NCBI GenBank assembly: GCA_045631205.1
Contig: JAZQUI010000031.1
Span: forward strand, 7,606 to 71,605
Direction: 5' to 3'
DNA length: 64,000 nucleotides
From: Bacteroidaceae bacterium
GTDB taxonomy: Bacteria > Bacteroidota > Bacteroidia > Bacteroidales > Bacteroidaceae
In this document: piece after piece, positions 58,510 to 64,000 of the stretch
Numbering within the stretch: the first letter of the stretch is position 1
Layout of the letters: every line of letters starts with the position of its first letter
Notes under the pieces: model-generated
What the model was told of the DNA's origin: nothing
What the model saw: the letters and a program-made list of their open reading frames with translations, nothing else
Database searches by the model: none
Translations under genes and position numbers: made by a program

Positions 58510-60756
58510 TTAAAGGGGGTCAATATCGTAGAACATTACAATGGAGCGATAGCGTGCATTCTGTGTGAATGTCTGCTGTATCTCGGCAAGAGTATCGTTT
58601 ACTTTGTATTGCGAGAGGTTGTTCTCTATCTTTAACACCATCTTGCGTATGAATAGCTGTTTTACTCTTGCAACAGGCGGTAGGTCGGGGCCTAATATGC
58701 GGTCCTCGAAAATCTTGCGCAGGTGTTGCCCGAGAAGTTCCGAGAATTCATCGAGAACCCTCACATCGCGATGCTTCACATATATGTAAACCAACCGATA
58801 AAAAGGAGGATAATGGAACATCATGCGCTCCTGCAACTGCGAGTTGTAGAATTGTAGATAGTCATTTTTTACTATCTGTGGAATCACTGGTGCGTCGGGA
58901 ATTTTTGTCTGTAAAAACACCTCTCCCTCGCCGTTTTTGCGACCTGCACGTCCGGCAACCTGCGCCATAAGCTGGAAGGCGCGTTCTGTTGAACGGAAGT
59001 CGGGGTAGTTGAGCAAAGTGTCGGCGTTTATTATACCCACCACCGCCACATTGTCAAAATCGAGTCCCTTTGATACCATCTGTGTTCCTATGAGAATATC
59101 GGTGCCACCTTCCTGAAAAGTATTTATTATCTTTTCATATGCTGTGCGGGTGCGTGTGGTGTCGAGGTCCATACGGGCAATCCTCGCCTCAGGGAAGAGG
59201 TTTTGCAGGTCGTCCTCTATCTTTTCGGTTCCGTAGCCAAGGTGTATAAAGTTGTTCTCCTCGCAGTTCGGGCAATATTGTGGTGCGGGTATGGTGTATC
59301 CGCAGTAATGGCATATTAGTTTGTGCGCGTTCTTGTGCAATGTGAGGCTCACATCGCAATGCTTGCATTTAGGCACCCACCCGCAGGTCTTGCATTCGAG
59401 CAGAGGCGAGTAGCCACGGCGGTTCTGGAAGAGTATTATCTGTTTTTTCTCTTCCAGAGCTTCGCCCATAGCCTCGACCAATGGGTCGCTGAACGGGCCA
59501 GTCATACGTTTGCGTCGGCTCATATCGGCCGTGTCAACAACGGTTATGCGCGGGAGTTTCACTTCGCGGTGGCGTGTAGTGAGGCTTACGAGACCGTATT
59601 TCCCGGTTGTTGCGTTGTAGTAGCTTTCAATCGATGGTGTTGCTGTGCCAAGCAGGCTTTTTGCGCCAAAGAACGATGCAAGCACAATGGCTGCGTTGCG
59701 GGCATTGTAGCGTGGTGCAGGCTCCTGTTGCTTGTAACTGTTTTCGTGTTCTTCGTCAACAATTACCAACCCTAAATTCTTGAATGGGAGAAATACCGAA
59801 GAGCGTACACCGAGAATGATATCGTAAGGTGCGTCACTCATCTGTTTCTTCCATATCTCAACTCTCTCGGCATCGGAGAATTTGGAGTGGTAGAGTCCAA
59901 TTCTGTTGCCAAACACCCTTCGCAAGCGTTCTATAATCTGTTTTGTAAGTGCAATTTCGGGCAATAGGTATAGTACCTGTTTGCCGCTCTCTATTGCTTG
60001 TGCTATGAGGTGTATGTAAATCTCGGTCTTTCCTGCCGATGTTACGCCGTGAAGCAGGGTTACATTTTTTTGCTCGAAACTTGCGGTTATCTCGTGCAGT
60101 GCTTGCTCCTGTGCTTTGTTAAGCTTGTTGAGTGAGGTTGTGTCGATATCTTCCGTAGCAAGTCTTCCAATCTCCACCTCGTAACTCTCTATAAACCCTC
60201 TGTCGGAAAGTTCCTTGTATATGTTCGGTTGCACCTGTGCAGTTTCCAGCAGTTTGTGTTTTGTCACCTCCACAAGTTGCCCGGTAAGTTGCCCCGACAT
60301 CTCCAGGAATGTGTTGAATAGCCTTTTTTGTCGCGGTGCGCGTGAGAGTGATTGCAGTATCAAGTTAATTGCTTTTTCGTTGCAATATTGTTTGGGGAGT
60401 CTTGTGCGCTGCTCGGTGCGTGGCTTGAATTCGCCTTTCAGTCCTTGCGGAACAGCGGCTTTGTAGATATCCCCCATAGAGCTTAGATAGTAGCGCGAAA
60501 TCCACTCCCACAGTTTCATCTGTTTGGGGAACATTATGGGTGTTTCGTCGAGCAGCTCATCAATGGGGCGCACTTTGCAATCAGTGGGTTCGTTGTCGTG
60601 AGTAGAAGCCACCATTGCGGTATAATGTTTTTTTGTGCCGAGAGGCACGCTTACGCGGCATCCGGTCTGAACCTTTCCCTGTAACTCCTGCGGAACGCTG
60701 TAAGTGTAAGTTGTGGGGAGGGGCAATGGTAATATTACTTCAACAAACTTTGCCAT
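58510..60756 (-). CDS. priA: primosomal protein N' (replication restart helicase PriA)
   Basis: Walker A (GVTSAGKTE), DEEH and a Cys-rich Zn region (CKTCGW..CKHCD...CHYCG...CPNC). Confidence 0.95.
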   Translation of the reverse strand: MAKFVEVILPLPLPTTYTYSVPQELQGKVQTGCRVSVPLGTKKHYTAMVASTHDNEPTDCKVRPIDELLDETPIMFPKQMKLWEWISRYYLSSMGDIYKAAVPQGLKGEFKPRTEQRTRLPKQYCNEKAINLILQSLSRAPRQKRLFNTFLEMSGQLTGQLVEVTKHKLLETAQVQPNIYKELSDRGFIESYEVEIGRLATEDIDTTSLNKLNKAQEQALHEITASFEQKNVTLLHGVTSAGKTEIYIHLIAQAIESGKQVLYLLPEIALTKQIIERLRRVFGNRIGLYHSKFSDAERVEIWKKQMSDAPYDIILGVRSSVFLPFKNLGLVIVDEEHENSYKQQEPAPRYNARNAAIVLASFFGAKSLLGTATPSIESYYNATTGKYGLVSLTTRHREVKLPRITVVDTADMSRRKRMTGPFSDPLVEAMGEALEEKKQIILFQNRRGYSPLLECKTCGWVPKCKHCDVSLTLHKNAHKLICHYCGYTIPAPQYCPNCEENNFIHLGYGTEKIEDDLQNLFPEARIARMDLDTTRTRTAYEKIINTFQEGGTDILIGTQMVSKGLDFDNVAVVGIINADTLLNYPDFRSTERAFQLMAQVAGRAGRKNGEGEVFLQTKIPDAPVIPQIVKNDYLQFYNSQLQERMMFHYPPFYRLVYIYVKHRDVRVLDEFSELLGQHLRKIFEDRILGPDLPPVARVKQLFIRKMVLKIENNLSQYKVNDTLAEIQQTFTQNARYRSIVMFYDIDPL

Positions 60757-60814
60757 ATTGCTTTATTGCGCGAAGTTATGAAAAACGTGGTAAAAAGCCA
60801 AGTGTTTTTTCCTC

Positions 60815-60852
60815 TCTAAAAAAGATTGGGAGCGACAAGTGTCGCTCCCAAT
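60815..60852 (-). terminator. terminator after the porin-family gene
   Basis: A perfect 12-bp stem (attgggagcgac / gtcgctcccaat). On the minus strand it is followed by ctttttt. Confidence 0.75.
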
Positions 60853-60877
60853 ATCCTTTTCAGCAGTATATCTTTTA

Positions 60878-61531
60878 TTAGAAAATGTATGCTGCTGATA
60901 CCTGCCAGGTGTTCACCTTAGAACCTTTTGACTTTGCATAGCCCCAAGCTTCGCTGGCAAAGTTCTCTTTCCATTCACCGGTGTTGCCGAGTGCTATGTT
61001 GTAGTTAATGTGCAACTGTATGTGGTTGAGAAGTGTAGCTCCGGCTCCGATGTTCAGGCTGAGATTACTCTTCTTATATTCCCACTTGTAGATGTCGTTT
61101 ACAAATGTTTGTGTTGCGTTATCCCACACTTCGTAACTGCCAGTGGTTTTGCTACCGCCGAGAACCCAACCAAACTGGGGACCGACTGCAATGAATGGTT
61201 CAACAAACTTGTTGAGAATGGGAAGAGCAAAATCGTAACGCAAATAGATGGGTACTTCTATACTGCGACGTGTGATGCTGTTTCCGTAAAACTCACTTTC
61301 GGTCTGTGAGTAAAGGAGGTTACCTTCAAGGCCTATGTTAAGCACGGGGATAATAACCTTTGCCATAGGACCGAAGTAGAAACCGTTCTTACTGTCGCGT
61401 TTAACATCATCCAACGAACTGGGTTTGCCGGTGAGGTTCAAACCTGCTTTGATACCCCAATTGAATTGTGAGTATGCAGGTGCTGCTGTGAGAAGGCACA
61501 AAGTGAGTGCAATTCCAAAAATCTTTTTCAT
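60878..61531 (-). CDS. outer membrane beta-barrel (porin-family) protein
   Basis: The start is set at MKKIFGIALTLCLLTAAPAYSQ. The protein shows a beta-strand alternation pattern and ends in F. Confidence 0.75.
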   Translation of the reverse strand: MKKIFGIALTLCLLTAAPAYSQFNWGIKAGLNLTGKPSSLDDVKRDSKNGFYFGPMAKVIIPVLNIGLEGNLLYSQTESEFYGNSITRRSIEVPIYLRYDFALPILNKFVEPFIAVGPQFGWVLGGSKTTGSYEVWDNATQTFVNDIYKWEYKKSNLSLNIGAGATLLNHIQLHINYNIALGNTGEWKENFASEAWGYAKSKGSKVNTWQVSAAYIF

Positions 61532-61625
61532 ATTGTTTATATTTATAAATGTTTTATCTCTTTGCAATTTTTGTACAAAATAAGTATAAAATATATTAAG
61601 ATGCAAATATCGGCTTACTTCTTTG

Positions 61626-61665
61626 TAAAAACAAACAGGATGCAGAACCTGTTCTGCATCCTGTT
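61626..61665 (-). terminator. terminator after gldN
   Basis: A perfect 15-bp stem (aacaggatgcagaac / gttctgcatcctgtt). On the minus strand it is followed by a T-rich run. Confidence 0.75.
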
Positions 61666-61688
61666 AATCAGATATTTATTGCGCTTTT

Positions 61689-62759
61689 TTAGCGTCTTGT
61701 CTTGCGTACCGAGAGACGTGCAGTGCCTGCGCTTCTTTTGGGTGCGCTCTTTTTCTTTTGGGTGCGCTCTTTCTTCTCTTTTGTGCTTGCAACCGTTGTG
61801 CGTTTTTTTTCTTTTACAGGTGTTGTTTCGGTTGCAATGGAATCGTTTGCAACTGTGGCAGAATCGACTGTTACAACGGGTTTGGGTGTCTCCCACAAGT
61901 TTGAGCGGAACTTTGCAAGTTGCTCCTCAATGTTCTTCTGCTCTTTCTTAATTGCGAGGGTATCTTTGCAATATTGGTTGAGGGCAAGGTTTTTAAGGTT
62001 TACAGTTTTGTAAATCTCGCCATCGTAGCAGTTCTTTCTAAAATAGTCGTCAATGGTCATTGAAGATACATTGTTGTAACTGCTGGTTACAAGTGTCTGC
62101 TGTGCAAGAACCTGTGCCACCTCGTCGTAGTTGAGCCAAAACATGGGATACTTTGTTACCTCTGTTGTGAACTCTTCGGCACGGTGAAGTACGGGGCAGA
62201 TAGCTGTCACTCGTTGGTTGTAAGTGGCGGTTCTCTGGTCGTAGTAGTAGCTCTCCTTAATGTAGTAGCTCAAAACCTCGCTGCTGGGGATATCGCTCTT
62301 GCCCACAACAAACTCACCATCTTTCTCCTCATAATATATACGGTAGTTGTCGAGAAGGTCTTTGGGGTTAATCTTGTTCTCTTCGGTGAACGACTCGTAA
62401 CCATCGAGGTTGTAGGTGTAGGCGTTAACACTGCCGTCGAGAATCAAGCGGAAAATGTAGGTAAAGAGGTTTACGCTTTTTCCCATAGGCTCCACAGGGT
62501 AGTAGAGCGAAGCGTTTTTCTCCTTTTTCAGGTCGAGCGCGCGGTAGATATCGCGTTTCCACACCACCTCCTGGGGTACAACCTGTGTAGGGAACTGGTT
62601 CTTTGCTCTCTCCGACATGTTGGCAACAACCGCGGTAGGTGTTGTTGCTCTCTGCTCTTTCTTGGCTTTTTCTCTTGTGCGTGCGGGGGGCTGTGCTACG
62701 GCATACTGTCCCAAGAGTGAGATTGCTATGATAACAATGAATTTGCTTATGTATTTCAT
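61689..62759 (-). CDS. gldN: type IX secretion / gliding motility protein GldN (PorN)
   Basis: Signal peptide and GldN-like blocks (VWKRDIYRALDL, SLYYPVEP, NLFTYIFRLILDG). It follows gldM and has an extra basic C-terminal tail. Confidence 0.85.
   Translation of the reverse strand: MKYISKFIVIIAISLLGQYAVAQPPARTREKAKKEQRATTPTAVVANMSERAKNQFPTQVVPQEVVWKRDIYRALDLKKEKNASLYYPVEPMGKSVNLFTYIFRLILDGSVNAYTYNLDGYESFTEENKINPKDLLDNYRIYYEEKDGEFVVGKSDIPSSEVLSYYIKESYYYDQRTATYNQRVTAICPVLHRAEEFTTEVTKYPMFWLNYDEVAQVLAQQTLVTSSYNNVSSMTIDDYFRKNCYDGEIYKTVNLKNLALNQYCKDTLAIKKEQKNIEEQLAKFRSNLWETPKPVVTVDSATVANDSIATETTPVKEKKRTTVASTKEKKERTQKKKSAPKRSAGTARLSVRKTRR
61735..61772. repeat. 18-nt direct repeat cttttgggtgcgctcttt x2 with a 20-nt period, inside the gldN 3' region
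   Basis: Exact copies lie at 61735-61752 and 61755-61772. Because the period is out of frame, the two copies encode different residues (KERTQK versus KSAPK). Confidence 0.8.
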
Positions 62760-62797
62760 AATTCCTGTTTATTTATCCTTTTGTGTTATTCGCCTGT

Positions 62798-64000
62798 TTA
62801 GTTTATTATCACTTCGAGTGAGGTGGGCAATAGACGCTCTATGTTGTCTGGGCCTACGGCTCTTACGTGTGATATGTAGAATCTCTTTCCGCGGCTCAGG
62901 TTGCGGAACATATCTTTCTGTCGCTCGGTAAAGTTGGCTCCTTGTGAGAGCATGGGTATGGCGTTGCCCATGTTGTCGTAGAATACGGTCTCAAATGAGA
63001 GTACCTTGAAGCCAATGTTCAACAATCCGTCGTCGATAGCAGCAATGATACCGTTGGTTGACATAAGTGCCTGTTTGCTGAATGCTGTACCGCCACGGTA
63101 GCGTTGTGTGTTACCGTCTTTATCCTTGAACTCTATGAAAGGAGTTGGGTCGGGCAATTGGCGTACACGGAATATGTATTGTCCCATGCTTTGGTTGCGT
63201 CCCTCCTCGTTCTGTGCAGTAACGCCAATGGCAATATCCTCACCAACCTGCGAAGGTACAACAATGTATCCACCCGCTCCGTCGCTCTTTATTGTTCCCT
63301 TGCCGCTTGCAATGCTTGCCGAAATTTTGTTGTTGGCAACTCCGGGAACCGAAATGCTTACGGGGTTCTCGAAACCGGCATAGAGTACGTTCATCAACGA
63401 TGCACTTACGGTTGCGGTAGGGTCTACAACTGTATATTTCTGCGAGAAGTCGTAGCGTGTCTGTGCTCCGGTTCTGTCGTTTACAAGCATATATCCGTTA
63501 AGGGTATAGTCGCCTGTGGTGTTGCAGAGTTTGCTGTATTCGCCGTTTTCTGTCTCGAGCAGTTTGTTGTCAATGTATATTTCGGGGCGTTGTGTTGAAT
63601 CGACTGCGGCGAGAATTATCTGTGCCGAGAATTCGCTTCCTCGCACCACGTTACGCGATGTGGGTATCACAAGTGAGCGTATCTGGTTCACACGCACGTC
63701 GCCAACGTCAATGTTACGTACAAGTGTGTGCAACACTTCGCCTTCGGCATAGCGAACATCGTTCTGCAATTTTGTAAGCAGGGTGATGGCCGCAATCGCA
63801 GGCATGTTCTCGAAGTGGTATTCCTGCCAGTTTTTGAGCAACGAGATGTCGCGTTTGGGCACATCGGTGCTGAAACTGCTCTTTATGATTTCTCTCTGTG
63901 TAGAGTCGGTTACCATCGTCAGAATTTCTTCGCGATAGTTTGTAATTGCATCGTACAGTTTTTTGCCCTGTCCTATACGGGGTGCAAGCATCACATAGGT
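62798..64000 (-). CDS. gldM: type IX secretion / gliding motility protein GldM (PorM), N-terminus outside the window
   Basis: GldM C-terminal domains are present (LMNVLYAGFENPVSISVPGV, FETVFYDNMGN). The reading frame stays open to the window edge. Confidence 0.85.
   Translation of the reverse strand, partial: TYVMLAPRIGQGKKLYDAITNYREEILTMVTDSTQREIIKSSFSTDVPKRDISLLKNWQEYHFENMPAIAAITLLTKLQNDVRYAEGEVLHTLVRNIDVGDVRVNQIRSLVIPTSRNVVRGSEFSAQIILAAVDSTQRPEIYIDNKLLETENGEYSKLCNTTGDYTLNGYMLVNDRTGAQTRYDFSQKYTVVDPTATVSASLMNVLYAGFENPVSISVPGVANNKISASIASGKGTIKSDGAGGYIVVPSQVGEDIAIGVTAQNEEGRNQSMGQYIFRVRQLPDPTPFIEFKDKDGNTQRYRGGTAFSKQALMSTNGIIAAIDDGLLNIGFKVLSFETVFYDNMGNAIPMLSQGANFTERQKDMFRNLSRGKRFYISHVRAVGPDNIERLLPTSLEVIIN

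Noticed and set aside
1-64000. Looked for CRISPR arrays, rRNA/tRNA genes, IS elements, integrases, phage genes or toxin-antitoxin/defence cassettes.
   Set aside because: Essentially every ORF over 100 aa is accounted for by housekeeping or envelope families. The intergenic regions are short and show no spaced repeats or tRNA-like sequences.

Overview
This window looks like a core chromosomal segment of a Bacteroidales-type (Bacteroidota) genome. The evidence for that is the protein families present, type IX secretion/gliding genes (gldH, gldN, gldM), and recurring TAnnTTTG -7 promoter boxes upstream of genes. About 55 protein-coding genes are tightly packed. They include ybeY, prfB, gmd-fcl (GDP-fucose), proC-proB-proA, dapB-lepB-wbqC, and metG followed by a flippase/glycosyltransferase array. 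They also include a cobalamin riboswitch in front of nrdD-nrdG, rnr, an OmpR-type two-component system with a PepSY-like gene, and metF-holB-PSP1-gldH. The rest are purH-mreBCD-mrdA-rodA, nadB, dacB, queG, a DUF2723 giant membrane protein, priA, and gldN with partial gldM. I saw no rRNA, tRNA, CRISPR array, transposase or integrase. Six items seem most worth a second look. (1) The metG-anchored wzx/glycosyltransferase array resembles the Bacteroidota general O-glycosylation (lfg) locus but carries two polytopic GT-C-like proteins and an embedded aminopeptidase. (2) A visibly AT-rich 2.8 kb block encodes four small exported proteins, one of them a YidD-domain/TPR/TM fusion. (3) A B12 riboswitch controls the anaerobic ribonucleotide reductase. 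(4) A 17-nt motif is shared between the two-component operon and the neighbouring PepSY-like gene. (5) A 406-bp intergenic region holds promoter-like boxes and a 74-nt extended terminator-like hairpin, so it may be an sRNA or a leader. (6) A DUF2723 GT-C-like protein forms an operon with a deacetylase. All family calls come from reading motifs in the supplied translations. No database search was run.
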